This document shows positions 49,344-59,149 of a DNA stretch of 64,000 nt, in pieces. The notes beneath the pieces are model-generated. The model was not told the origin of the DNA and ran no database searches. It worked only from the letters and a program-made list of their open reading frames with translations. Numbering within the stretch: position 1 is the first letter of the stretch; every line of letters starts with the position of its first letter. Made by a program: the position numbers and the translations under genes. The DNA comes from an uncultured Clostridium sp. (lineage in GTDB: Bacteria > Bacillota_I > Bacilli_A > RF39 > UBA660): the NCBI GenBank assembly GCA_946414595.1, contig CAMKPE010000004.1:28277-92276 (forward strand). Reading direction: 5' to 3'.

Positions 49344-52036
49344 GATATTTAACTAGTACAGAAATAAGAAATATGTGGCTTGAGTTCTTTAAAAGTAAAG
49401 GACATCAAGTTATTGAAAGTGCACCATTAATACCAGAAGATGATGATTCATTGTTCTTTGTTAATGCTGGTGTTACTCCTTTAAAGAAATATTTTGATGG
49501 AACAATAGTGCCTCAAAATAAAAGATTAACTAGTATTCAAAAATGTATAAGAACTAATGATATAGAAAATGTTGGAGTTACAAAAAGACATCAAACATTC
49601 TTTGAAATGATGGGTAACTTCTCAGTAGGAGATTACTTTAGAGATGAAGCTCTTGATTTTGCTTTTGAATTCTTAACAAGTGCAGAGTGGTGTGACATCC
49701 CAGTAGAGAAGTTATATTGTACAATCTATAAAACTGATGAAGATTCTTATAATAAATGGGTTAGTTTAGGAATGATTCCTGATCATATAGTAAGACTAGA
49801 AGGAAACTTCTGGGAAATTGGAAGTGGACCTTGTGGACCTGACTCTGAAATATTCTTCGATAGAGGAGAAGACTACGATAAAGATGGAGATGCTTTAGAA
49901 AGATTTAGAGAAGATTTGGATCAAGAACGTTATATAGAAATTTGGAATAACGTATTTAGTCAATATAACTCTGAACCAGGAAAAGATAGAAGTGAATATA
50001 AAGAACTTCCTCATAAAAACATTGATACAGGTGCTGGACTTGAAAGATGGTGCTGCATATTCCAAAATGTAGATTCCAACTTTGATACAGACTTATTTGT
50101 ACCTATTATTAAACAAATAGAAAATATATCAGGTAAAACTTATGATGGAAGTACTTATTTCAAGATTATTGCAGACCATATAAGAGCTATTACGATGGCT
50201 TTATCTGATGGAGCTATATTTGAAAATAGTAATAGAGGGTACGTTCTAAGAAGACTTTTAAGAAGAAGTGTTAGAAGTGGTAGAAAACTTGGAATTAATG
50301 AACCATTCATGTATAAATTAGTTGATACAGTAGTAGAAATTATGAAAGATAGTTATCCAAAACTAGTAGATAACAAAGGTAATGTTAAGACATTAATTCT
50401 TGAAGAAGAAAACTTATTTAACAATACATTAAGAGCAGGAGAAAGAAAGTTAAATGAATTAATTAAAGAAAGCAAAGATGGAACAATTAGTGGTTATGAT
50501 GCTTTCAAATTATATGATACTTATGGATTCCCATTTGAACTTACTTTAGAATATTTAGAAGATGAACATATGACAGTAGATAAAGAAGAGTTCGAAAAGT
50601 ATATGAAAGAAGCTAAGAAAGTAGCTAAAGAATCAAGACATACTGAAGCTAATATGAATATTCAAAATGAAGAATTGTTGAAGTTTAACGAAGTATCAGA
50701 ATTCTTCTATGATAAGTTTATTATTGATGATGCTAAAGTAATTGGATTATTCAATGGAGAAGAATTCGTTGATAGTCTTGATAGTGATGGATATATATTC
50801 TTTGATAAGACTTGTTTCTATGCTGAAAGTGGAGGACAAGTTGCAGACTTAGGAGCTATTAAGAATAAGAAGTTTAAAGCAAAAGTTGTTGATGTTAAGA
50901 AAGCTCCTAATGGACAACATATGCATAAAGTAGAAATACTTGAAGGTAAGGTTTCTTTAGGTGATACATGTACATTAAAGATAATGGAAGATAAAAGATT
51001 AAAGACTAGAGTTAATCATAGTACTATCCATATCGTTCAAAAAGTATTACAAGAATTATTATCTAATTCAATACACCAAGCAGGAAGCTATGTAGACCAA
51101 GATAGATTAAGATTTGACTTTACTTATACTGGTAAGATTAGTGATGAACAAATAATTGATATTGAAGATAGAGTTAATGAAATAATTCACGAAAGTATTA
51201 AGAGTGAAATTACTAATATGCCTTTAGAAGAAGCTAAAAAATTAGGAGCTATGGCTCTATTTACTGATAAATATAAAGATATAGTAAGAGTTGTTAAGAT
51301 TGGAGATTCTATTGAACTTTGTGGAGGTACTCATATTGAAAGTACTGATGAGATTGATAGATTTGCAATATTAAAGATTGAATCTAAAGGAAGTAACTTA
51401 TATAGACTAGAAGGATGTACTAATGATATGGTACCTACTTTAGTTAGTGAAGCAGTAGCAAAATACGTTGATGAAATAAAGAATTTGCTTGCAAAAGCTA
51501 ATGAAATACTAGAAAAAGCTGAAAAAGATGGTATAAAACTTGAATTTAATATAAATCTTGATCAAAAAGGGCTTTCAAGTTTTAAAGATATAGTATATAA
51601 TAAGAACCAACTTGAATATGTACAGGCAGAAGTTCGTGATTTAGAGAAGAAATATAATGATCAAAAATCTAAGATTGCAAGCGGAGATTTAAGTGAATAT
51701 TTAAGTGAAAAACAAGTTATTGATGATATTAGTGTTATTGTTATGAAGACAACTGATAAGGAAATCAATGACTTAAAAACAATATCTGATGAACTTATTA
51801 ATCAATTAGGTAAAGGAATAGTATTCTTTGCTAATGTTAAGGGAAGTAGTGTTAACTTCATTTGTAAGTGTAAGGATGTTTCATCTAATGCTGGGTTATT
51901 AGTTAAGAAAGCAAGTTCTCTATCTGACGGTAGAGGAGGAGGAAGTCCTACTTTCGCTCAAGGTGGAGCAAGTAATGTAGATAACCTTGATGAAGTACTA
52001 GATGAAGTTTTAAAAGATATTAAAGAAACAAAATAA
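49340..52036 (+). CDS. alaS: Alanine-tRNA ligase
   Basis: QKCIRTND, HQTFFEMMGNFS, DTYGFP, ELCGGTH and GGG..FAQGG motifs. Confidence 0.98.
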   Translation: MRYLTSTEIRNMWLEFFKSKGHQVIESAPLIPEDDDSLFFVNAGVTPLKKYFDGTIVPQNKRLTSIQKCIRTNDIENVGVTKRHQTFFEMMGNFSVGDYFRDEALDFAFEFLTSAEWCDIPVEKLYCTIYKTDEDSYNKWVSLGMIPDHIVRLEGNFWEIGSGPCGPDSEIFFDRGEDYDKDGDALERFREDLDQERYIEIWNNVFSQYNSEPGKDRSEYKELPHKNIDTGAGLERWCCIFQNVDSNFDTDLFVPIIKQIENISGKTYDGSTYFKIIADHIRAITMALSDGAIFENSNRGYVLRRLLRRSVRSGRKLGINEPFMYKLVDTVVEIMKDSYPKLVDNKGNVKTLILEEENLFNNTLRAGERKLNELIKESKDGTISGYDAFKLYDTYGFPFELTLEYLEDEHMTVDKEEFEKYMKEAKKVAKESRHTEANMNIQNEELLKFNEVSEFFYDKFIIDDAKVIGLFNGEEFVDSLDSDGYIFFDKTCFYAESGGQVADLGAIKNKKFKAKVVDVKKAPNGQHMHKVEILEGKVSLGDTCTLKIMEDKRLKTRVNHSTIHIVQKVLQELLSNSIHQAGSYVDQDRLRFDFTYTGKISDEQIIDIEDRVNEIIHESIKSEITNMPLEEAKKLGAMALFTDKYKDIVRVVKIGDSIELCGGTHIESTDEIDRFAILKIESKGSNLYRLEGCTNDMVPTLVSEAVAKYVDEIKNLLAKANEILEKAEKDGIKLEFNINLDQKGLSSFKDIVYNKNQLEYVQAEVRDLEKKYNDQKSKIASGDLSEYLSEKQVIDDISVIVMKTTDKEINDLKTISDELINQLGKGIVFFANVKGSSVNFICKCKDVSSNAGLLVKKASSLSDGRGGGSPTFAQGGASNVDNLDEVLDEVLKDIKETK

Positions 52037-52061
52037 TAAAAAGGGCTAGGGGGTAAATAAT

Positions 52062-52859
52062 ATGCCAATGTTTAAGAAAAGCGATATTTTAAAATATTAT
52101 GAAGTATTAGGAGTACAAGATAGAGAAGGATTAATATGTCCTGATATGATTGATCTTGAGTACATCACTGATTTATTTGATTTAAATCATTTTGGAGATG
52201 GTGGTAACTGGCTTGATAATCCTGATACATTTGTTGATCCAAGTGTATCTGATAGTTTAAAAGAATTATCTGAAGCTTATGGATTACTTTATAGTATTGT
52301 TAATGAAGGTTTCTGGTATGAGACTAAAGATAGGCAACAAAGAGCAATGGATGGTGCATTAGGAATACTTGATGACTTAAGTAAGATTGATGTAACTATA
52401 TCTGGTGATGATGAGAAAACTGCTATTAGAAAGAATAATTTAAAAGAAGCAATACTTAAAGGTATTTGTTGTGCAGGAGATATCATTACTTTTAGATTTT
52501 ATGAGCAAAATGCTGACTTTAATTCAATATACTTAAAAATAAGTGATATAGAAGCAGAAGAAGCTCATTGTTCTAAAAAAGGATTTGCATATGATGAAAC
52601 ACCAGAACCATTGATGAAATTATATTATTTAATGGCATATTCTAAATTTGCTGATAATGGTAGTAACTTTGAACTATTTGATTCAAATGATAATCTTACT
52701 TTAAGTAGAGTAAGAACTTTAGTTAGAAGAAATCTTTCTGAAGGAGTTCCTTTTAAAGGAGAAGAAAGTGAACAGAAACGTACAAGAGGTAAAGTAATAA
52801 GAATGTCTCATTTTGAATTAAGTGGTAGAATGAGTGCACATCAAGATGAACATTTATAA
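52062..52859 (+). CDS. Orphan acidic cytoplasmic hypothetical protein
   Basis: 265-aa ORF with GGGGGT RBS and a downstream terminator; no recognised motif. Confidence 0.7.
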   Translation: MPMFKKSDILKYYEVLGVQDREGLICPDMIDLEYITDLFDLNHFGDGGNWLDNPDTFVDPSVSDSLKELSEAYGLLYSIVNEGFWYETKDRQQRAMDGALGILDDLSKIDVTISGDDEKTAIRKNNLKEAILKGICCAGDIITFRFYEQNADFNSIYLKISDIEAEEAHCSKKGFAYDETPEPLMKLYYLMAYSKFADNGSNFELFDSNDNLTLSRVRTLVRRNLSEGVPFKGEESEQKRTRGKVIRMSHFELSGRMSAHQDEHL

Positions 52860-52884
52860 AGGGTAATAATACCCTTTTTTTAAT

Positions 52885-52937
52885 CCCATATTTTTCCACA
52901 TTTTTAAAACATATTTTTAATAATTGTTTTATATACT
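52885..52937 (+). promoter_or_regulatory. Direct-repeat OmpR/CssR-type boxes with a downstream -10
   Basis: CATATTTTT, CACATTTTT and CATATTTTT at 52887, 52897 and 52910; TATACT at 52932. Confidence 0.4.
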
Positions 52938-53063
52938 TAATCTATCAAAGGAGATGATGATTATAGGATATAGGAAATAATTATTAGATGAAGATATTTA
53001 TAATGTTTTTATAAATGAGGCGGTGATGTGTACTAATATGTTATAATATTGATAGGTGGTAGT

Positions 53064-53729
53064 ATGTATACAATTTGTTTAGTTGAAGATGAACATAGTT
53101 TATCTGATTTAATTAAAATGTATCTTGAAAAAGAAGGCTATAAAGTAATTCAATACTTTAATGGTAATGATGCCGTTAAAAATGTTGATAATAATGAAAT
53201 ATCTTTATGGATTCTTGATATTATGCTTGGAGATGATGTAAGTGGTTATGATATTATCAAGAAAATTAGAGAGAAAGATTCTAATGTTCCTGTAATATTT
53301 ACTTCAGCAAGAGATCAAGATATAGATAAGATTATTGGACTTGAAATGGGTAGTGATGACTACTTAGCAAAACCATACTCTACTAAAGAGTTAATATTAA
53401 GAGTTAATAAACTTATCTCAAGAATATATAAAGATAATGAACCAACAAACGAAATTAATTATGAATCTTATGTAGTTGATCTAAGTAAAAGAGTTGCAAG
53501 AGAAAATGATAAAGAAATTAAACTTACAACACTTGAATTTGATTTATTAATACTTTTCCTAAATAATAAGAATAGAACATTTTCTCGTGAAGAAATATTA
53601 AAAAGTATTTGGGGAGAAGATTATTTTGGAAGTGATAGAGCAGTAGATGATTTAGTAAGAAGATTAAGAAAGAAAATGAATAAATTAAATGTCTCTACAA
53701 TATATGGATATGGGTATAGATTATCATGA
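53064..53729 (+). CDS. cssR: OmpR-family response regulator, CssR-like
   Basis: YTICLVEDE, LWILDIML, VIFTSARD and DDLVRRLRKKM..TIYGYGYR closely resemble B. subtilis CssR. Confidence 0.8.
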   Translation: MYTICLVEDEHSLSDLIKMYLEKEGYKVIQYFNGNDAVKNVDNNEISLWILDIMLGDDVSGYDIIKKIREKDSNVPVIFTSARDQDIDKIIGLEMGSDDYLAKPYSTKELILRVNKLISRIYKDNEPTNEINYESYVVDLSKRVARENDKEIKLTTLEFDLLILFLNNKNRTFSREEILKSIWGEDYFGSDRAVDDLVRRLRKKMNKLNVSTIYGYGYRLS

Positions 53730-54994
53730 AATATATAGAGAATAAGTTAGGAAGACAATTACTATTAATACTTATAAGTATATTCTTTATAGTATTAATA
53801 ACTATAGTATTCTTTTTACCTAGATTACTTAGTCCAATATATGAATCAGGTATTTATAATACATTAAAGTCTCCAATAGATTTAGTTGATTCTAGTCTAC
53901 CTGGGAATGATATAAGTAGAGATGTTGCATATTTATATATAGAAAATGGTGAAATATATACTAGTAAGAACTACAGTAAAATTGTAGATGTTTACGAAGA
54001 AGACCTATTACAATATTTAAAGAAAGAATTTGGTAACTTTGAATATAAAGATAAAACATATTACTATTATACTTTTAAAGAAAATGATACTTTAAAAGTA
54101 GCAGTTACCAATGAAACGTATTTGAGCAAGATAAAAAATGATTTCCTTGTTTCAGTTGTAACAATATTCTTAATAGTATTCGCTCTAATTGCACTTATCA
54201 TATTTGTTTGGAGTTCAATACTAGTAAGAAAGATAGCTAGATTAAAAGAAAAAATAGATAATATTGATAATGATAATTTCAATCATAATATTAACTTTAA
54301 GACGGATGATGAAATTAAATCTTTATCTAATGCCATTGAAGACATGAGATTAAACTTAAAAGAGCAAGAAGAATATAAGAATAATATGTATCAAAATATT
54401 TCACATGACTTTAAGACACCTCTCACTGTAATTAAGTCGTATGTGGAAGCTGTTGAAGATGGAGTAGAAGATAAAGATAAAGCTCTAGAAGTAATAAAAG
54501 AACAAACTGACAAGTTAGAGAAAAAAGTATACTCACTTCTATACTTAAATAAGCTAGAGTATTTAAAAGAGAAAAAACAAGACACCTATAATGTTATCGA
54601 TATTAAAGAAGTAATTAATTCTTCTGTAGATAAATTTAAACATCAAAGAGAAGATATTACCTTCACAGTTAAGATGGATGATAGCAAGTTTACTGGTACT
54701 TTTGATCTATGGGAAACAATAATAGACAATATCTTAAATAATTTTATGAGATATGCTAAAAAAGAGATTAAAGTTACTGTAAAAGGAAATAGAATAATCT
54801 TGTTTAACGATGGACCTAATATAGATGAAAAACTAAAAGAAGACTTATTTAATCCTTTTAAGAAGGGGATTAAAGGACAGTTTGGATTAGGTCTATCTAT
54901 AGTAAAAAAGACACTTAACCTACTAAACTACGATATAACCATTGAAAATAATAAGAATGGTGTATCATTTGTAATAAAAAGAGTTAAAAAATAG
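53726..54994 (+). CDS. cssS: Sensor histidine kinase, CssS-like
   Basis: Two TM segments, HAMP, QNISHDFKTP, NDGP and GQFGLGLSIV. Confidence 0.8.
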   Translation: MKYIENKLGRQLLLILISIFFIVLITIVFFLPRLLSPIYESGIYNTLKSPIDLVDSSLPGNDISRDVAYLYIENGEIYTSKNYSKIVDVYEEDLLQYLKKEFGNFEYKDKTYYYYTFKENDTLKVAVTNETYLSKIKNDFLVSVVTIFLIVFALIALIIFVWSSILVRKIARLKEKIDNIDNDNFNHNINFKTDDEIKSLSNAIEDMRLNLKEQEEYKNNMYQNISHDFKTPLTVIKSYVEAVEDGVEDKDKALEVIKEQTDKLEKKVYSLLYLNKLEYLKEKKQDTYNVIDIKEVINSSVDKFKHQREDITFTVKMDDSKFTGTFDLWETIIDNILNNFMRYAKKEIKVTVKGNRIILFNDGPNIDEKLKEDLFNPFKKGIKGQFGLGLSIVKKTLNLLNYDITIENNKNGVSFVIKRVKK

Positions 54995-55044
54995 TTAACT
55001 CTTTTTTTATTTTGTGATATAATAGCAACTCGTGTGGGGTTGTT

Positions 55045-56646
55045 ATGGCATACGAAGGAAATGTAGTAGAACTTAAAGAAGATATTTTAAATAACAATGG
55101 ATCTATCAATAAAGAACTATTAAGAATTCTTTTAGAAGACCCTTATTTTGATATGCTTAAATCTATTATTAAAAGTGATAATTACAAAATCTTTTTTACT
55201 TCTAATGGTACAACTTATGAGTTTAATATTTCTTCGTTGATTAGATCTTATGAAATATTGCTTTTCGATGAAGAAACAACACCAAAACAATTTGATAGAA
55301 TAATGTCTTTAAGAGAATTAACTAACTTTGATAAGTTTATTTCCAAATACAAAGATAAAATGTTTAATATTGTAATGGATGATTTTACTTATAAGATAAA
55401 AGCAAGTAAGATAATTGAATATTTATCAATGTCTGATGAAGATTGTAAATTATTTATAAATCAACAAAGAGATGATTTTGTTTCCCTTGAATGTTTTCTT
55501 TATGCAGTAGATATGTTTTTAAAATCTTATAATATACAAGAAAAATATGTTCTACCTAAACATGCAGTAAAAAGAATAAAGAATACATCAAATTCAAGAA
55601 TTGTAGACATAGAAGCGATTAATCAAATAAATGATACAAATGATTGTTTATTATCAGATGTAGTAGTAGATGAAGGTTTTAAAAGAGAGATACTTAAAGA
55701 TTTAGATAAAAGTGATATGACTCAACTTGAAAAGGCTATCTACGTATATATTTTATTATGCAAAAAATTAACTTATGATCCAGTGTATTTTGCATATGAT
55801 CAAAAAGGTGAAAGAACAGAGTTTCATAAGAATCCTAGTTACATAGGAAAAATTAATAGTAAAAACAATAGGGTAGTGTGTTATGAGTTTAATGCTTTAT
55901 ATGGTTACTTTTTAAATGCTTTAGGAATACACTATGAAAATAGTTATAGTAATAAAGGAGAATATGGAAAACATTCTTCATTAACATTTAGATGTGGTAA
56001 GTTTATTGTTAGTGCTGATTCAGTAACATCAATATTATCGGGGGATATAGTTAATTCTAAAGTAGATGCTAATTTAAATGGATTAGTATGTCTAAATAAT
56101 AATCCTAATACTGTTAAAGAGTTTAATCAATGTAAAGAAAAAATATATTCTATGTTTAAACCAAAACAAAAAGAATCTGTATTAAAATTATTTAGAGATT
56201 CAGTAAATTTTTATAATTATCCTCTTGATAAAAAAGTTGAAACGATTATTAAGAAAGCAAATGATAAGAAACTTAGTGTAATTGATACACTTGGATATAT
56301 TCTAAAACTTAGAAGAGAAATGCTTTCTCCTGATGAGGTGTGTGATTTTTCATATATTGTTGTTCGTTATAATGGGGATGCAAGAATGCCTATAAGAGCA
56401 ATTATTACTGTTACAATAGATGGCGAATATAAGTATTATATTTATAAGCCATGTTCTGTTATGGCCCCTTGTCAACAAGATATATTGAATGATATGTTTG
56501 TATTAAATGATTTTGAATACTTAGTAAACAGTGTAGAAAGAGTACCAGGTATTCATGATATTAATGTAGAAGAAAAAGACCGAGATGATATCTTGGGAGA
56601 ATATGGAACATTATTAAGAGCATTAGCTCGTCAAAAACGTATGTAA
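55045..56646 (+). CDS. Orphan protein with a transglutaminase-like (papain-fold) core
   Basis: LEKAIYVYILLC..LTYD, VVCYEFN...LGI, GKHS and ADS give a plausible Cys-His-Asp triad. No signal peptide. Confidence 0.6.
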   Translation: MAYEGNVVELKEDILNNNGSINKELLRILLEDPYFDMLKSIIKSDNYKIFFTSNGTTYEFNISSLIRSYEILLFDEETTPKQFDRIMSLRELTNFDKFISKYKDKMFNIVMDDFTYKIKASKIIEYLSMSDEDCKLFINQQRDDFVSLECFLYAVDMFLKSYNIQEKYVLPKHAVKRIKNTSNSRIVDIEAINQINDTNDCLLSDVVVDEGFKREILKDLDKSDMTQLEKAIYVYILLCKKLTYDPVYFAYDQKGERTEFHKNPSYIGKINSKNNRVVCYEFNALYGYFLNALGIHYENSYSNKGEYGKHSSLTFRCGKFIVSADSVTSILSGDIVNSKVDANLNGLVCLNNNPNTVKEFNQCKEKIYSMFKPKQKESVLKLFRDSVNFYNYPLDKKVETIIKKANDKKLSVIDTLGYILKLRREMLSPDEVCDFSYIVVRYNGDARMPIRAIITVTIDGEYKYYIYKPCSVMAPCQQDILNDMFVLNDFEYLVNSVERVPGIHDINVEEKDRDDILGEYGTLLRALARQKRM

Positions 56647-56708
56647 AAAAGTATTAAAATACTTGAATAAAAAAGTTATTTATGTTAATATTAATTTACG
56701 TGATTTAT

Positions 56709-56785
56709 GGCGAGGTAGCTCAGCTGGCTAGAGCGTCCGGTTCATACCCGGAAGGTCGAGGGTTCGATCCCCCCTCTCGCTACCA
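56709..56785 (+). tRNA. tRNA-Met (CAT), elongator type
   Basis: Cloverleaf with GGCGAGG/TCTCGCT acceptor stem, TT-CAT-AC loop, TTCGATC and encoded CCA. One A-C mismatch in the T stem. Upstream promoter TTGAAT-N17-TAATAT. Confidence 0.95.
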
Positions 56786-56793
56786 TATGAAAT

Positions 56794-56820
56794 AAAGACT
56801 CAATGATGAGTCTTTTTTTT
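56794..56820 (+). terminator. tRNA terminator
   Basis: AAAGACTCA-atga-TGAGTCTTT plus T-run. Confidence 0.8.
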
Positions 56821-56941
56821 ATTCCGAATTTCTTTTTGTTAATTTATCTTAATTGTATTATTTCAAAACTATTATGTTATGTCAATTACAAGTAGAGAAT
56901 AGGGCAAATAAAAAAAGATAGGTTAACTATCTTTTCTTTTG

Positions 56942-57643
56942 TTATCCTGCAAGAGTACTTTCTGCTGCTGCTTGTCCAGTTCTTACAATATTTTGTTCTG
57001 TTGTTAACGCAGAATCAATTGTATTATACATAGCTGTTGTAGTATCAGTTAATGTATTAACCATATTATTAACTCTTGTTCTAAATGATGCTTGTAAAGA
57101 TCCATCAGGGTCATATACTGCAAATTCAGTTGATACTTCACTTAATCCGCTAATAACTTTTGACATACCTTCTTTAAAGTATCCATAGATTTTTGTTACT
57201 TCGTCTACATTCATTCCTGTTACACCATCTCTAGATTCTGAGAATGGATTTGAAACAAGCATTCTATAAGGATTGAATGTGAAGTATTCACTTTCTTGAT
57301 AATCACTTTCTGTTACAGTTTTTGTATTGTTAGGACTGCAAAACATTGGATATTCCATTGCTTCAGCACCATTGGATGTTGCAAGAGAATTATATGCATC
57401 AGTTGCATCAACTCCAATACTATTATACATTGATTTGAAGTTTTCTCTTATAGCCCATAATTTTGGTCCATAAGTATTATAAAATTGTACAGCGTTTGGA
57501 GAACTCCAATTAACTCCTAATTGATATATGAAGTAGTTAACTTCTTCATTATAATCTTGCCATAAATCCCAACATGTACCTACAAAATCATCAATTTGAT
57601 TTTGAGCTAATGTTGCATCTAAACCAGTAAATCCGTCACCCAT
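56942..57643 (-). CDS. Tandem WXG100-like helical-hairpin protein
   Basis: Helix-WSSPNAVQF-helix (aa 1-95), linker, then a second ~95-aa hairpin. The halves start GFTGLD and GVTGMN. Promoter TTGACA-N17-TAAATT. Confidence 0.65.
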   Translation of the reverse strand: MGDGFTGLDATLAQNQIDDFVGTCWDLWQDYNEEVNYFIYQLGVNWSSPNAVQFYNTYGPKLWAIRENFKSMYNSIGVDATDAYNSLATSNGAEAMEYPMFCSPNNTKTVTESDYQESEYFTFNPYRMLVSNPFSESRDGVTGMNVDEVTKIYGYFKEGMSKVISGLSEVSTEFAVYDPDGSLQASFRTRVNNMVNTLTDTTTAMYNTIDSALTTEQNIVRTGQAAAESTLAG

Positions 57644-57815
57644 AAATACACTTCCTTTCTTTTAAGGGTTAGTATCCTACAAAAAATAATTTATCAATTT
57701 TTTTTTATATTGTCAATGTTTCAGTGTAAAGTATGATGTAATCAATTATTTAATAAAATAATAGTAGTACTTTTTATTTTTTGTTATAATAAAAATATAT
57801 AAGGAGATTTATAAT

Positions 57816-58781
57816 ATGGCTTTAATTATTTGTAGTGAGTGTGGTAAGAAATACAGTGATAAAGCACCAGCATGTCCTGAATGTGGATGCCCAACTATAT
57901 CTAACGGAAATATAAAAAGAAAAAAGGTTATAATAAGAAAGTGTTTTAGTTTATTCATAAGAACTAGTGTTAGTATTGATAATCAACCAGTTGGAGAAAT
58001 TGGTATTAGAGCAAATAAAGAAATAGAATTAGAGCTACCAGTGGGAGTGCACTATATTGGGCTTGATACAAATGTTAGACATGGTGATTATTTTGCACCA
58101 TCAGCAGTATCTAAATCAACAAATGGTAAACAATTTACTATTGAGGAAGATGATTTATATGTTGTAATAGAAATATGTGCCAAAGGAAGTTTTAGTAATT
58201 CTTCTGGAAGATGTGTTGTAGGAAATATTTTAAATTATAAAAGTGAAGATTTGGAAAATGAAGCAATAGAAGAGCAAAGAAGAGAACTTGAAAAAGGTTT
58301 TATTTTTGATGTTTCAAAAAGTGAAGAAGATTATTTAGATGAAATAGATAAAGAAGAAATAGGTGATTCTAAACCTAAAGGCTTACTTAATAATCCTTTA
58401 TTTAAAGTATATACTGGGATATTATTACTGCTTGTTATTGCTTTTTTTCTTGTATTTTATAATAAAAAGGAACAAGTTAGATATAAAGTTGGAACATATA
58501 AAAGTTGTGTTTTTAAATTTCCTGGTGATAGCAATACTAGTTGTGCATCACTTAAAATTAATGGTAGTACTGATTGTGAGTTTTCTATTACGTATAGCTC
58601 AAAAAAGAGATATGAAGGTGGATATGATAAAGTAGTATGCAAAGTAGATGGTGATGATTTTAAGTTAGAGATAAATACTAGTAGTAATACATATAGATAT
58701 AATTGTAAATTTGATAATTATAATCAAGAAGAGTATTTAATAGATTGTGATAATGATATTAATTTTTATTATGAGAATTAA
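57816..58781 (+). CDS. Zinc-ribbon single-pass membrane protein with a Cys-rich outer domain
   Basis: ICSECG...CPECG, TM near aa 198-214, six Cys after the TM. Confidence 0.8.
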   Translation: MALIICSECGKKYSDKAPACPECGCPTISNGNIKRKKVIIRKCFSLFIRTSVSIDNQPVGEIGIRANKEIELELPVGVHYIGLDTNVRHGDYFAPSAVSKSTNGKQFTIEEDDLYVVIEICAKGSFSNSSGRCVVGNILNYKSEDLENEAIEEQRRELEKGFIFDVSKSEEDYLDEIDKEEIGDSKPKGLLNNPLFKVYTGILLLLVIAFFLVFYNKKEQVRYKVGTYKSCVFKFPGDSNTSCASLKINGSTDCEFSITYSSKKRYEGGYDKVVCKVDGDDFKLEINTSSNTYRYNCKFDNYNQEEYLIDCDNDINFYYEN

Positions 58782-58854
58782 GGAAGATGAAGAGGAGAAT
58801 ATATTTTCTTCTTTCTTTTTTTATGTTATAATAAAAATATATTAGAGGTATTAT

Positions 58855-59142
58855 ATGAAACTAGTTGAAAAAAAATGTCCAAAATGTGGAGCTGACTTAT
58901 CTTTTGATAAAGGATCAAAAGAAGTTATTTGTAAATATTGCAATACAAGTTTTGAGGTATTAAGAGATAAAGATGATTTAATAGATAAAGTAAGTGAGTC
59001 TATTGATCCAGAATTATTGAATTTTCCTGGTAAAATGTTTAAAAGAATGAGTGTTGTTTCAACAATTGTATTTGTAGTATTATTTATAATATTTATAATT
59101 GTATTCATTTTTGTAGCATCTAGAATATTTTTTAAGTTTTAG
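58855..59142 (+). CDS. Zinc-ribbon small membrane protein
   Basis: CPKCGA...CKYC plus C-terminal TM. Confidence 0.8.
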   Translation: MKLVEKKCPKCGADLSFDKGSKEVICKYCNTSFEVLRDKDDLIDKVSESIDPELLNFPGKMFKRMSVVSTIVFVVLFIIFIIVFIFVASRIFFKF

Positions 59143-59149
59143 GTGATTT

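Noticed and set aside
56755-56775. A-C mismatch in the T stem as evidence of a tRNA pseudogene
   Set aside because: All other elements, the promoter, CCA and terminator are intact. A single mismatch is tolerable or could be a base-call error in the C run.
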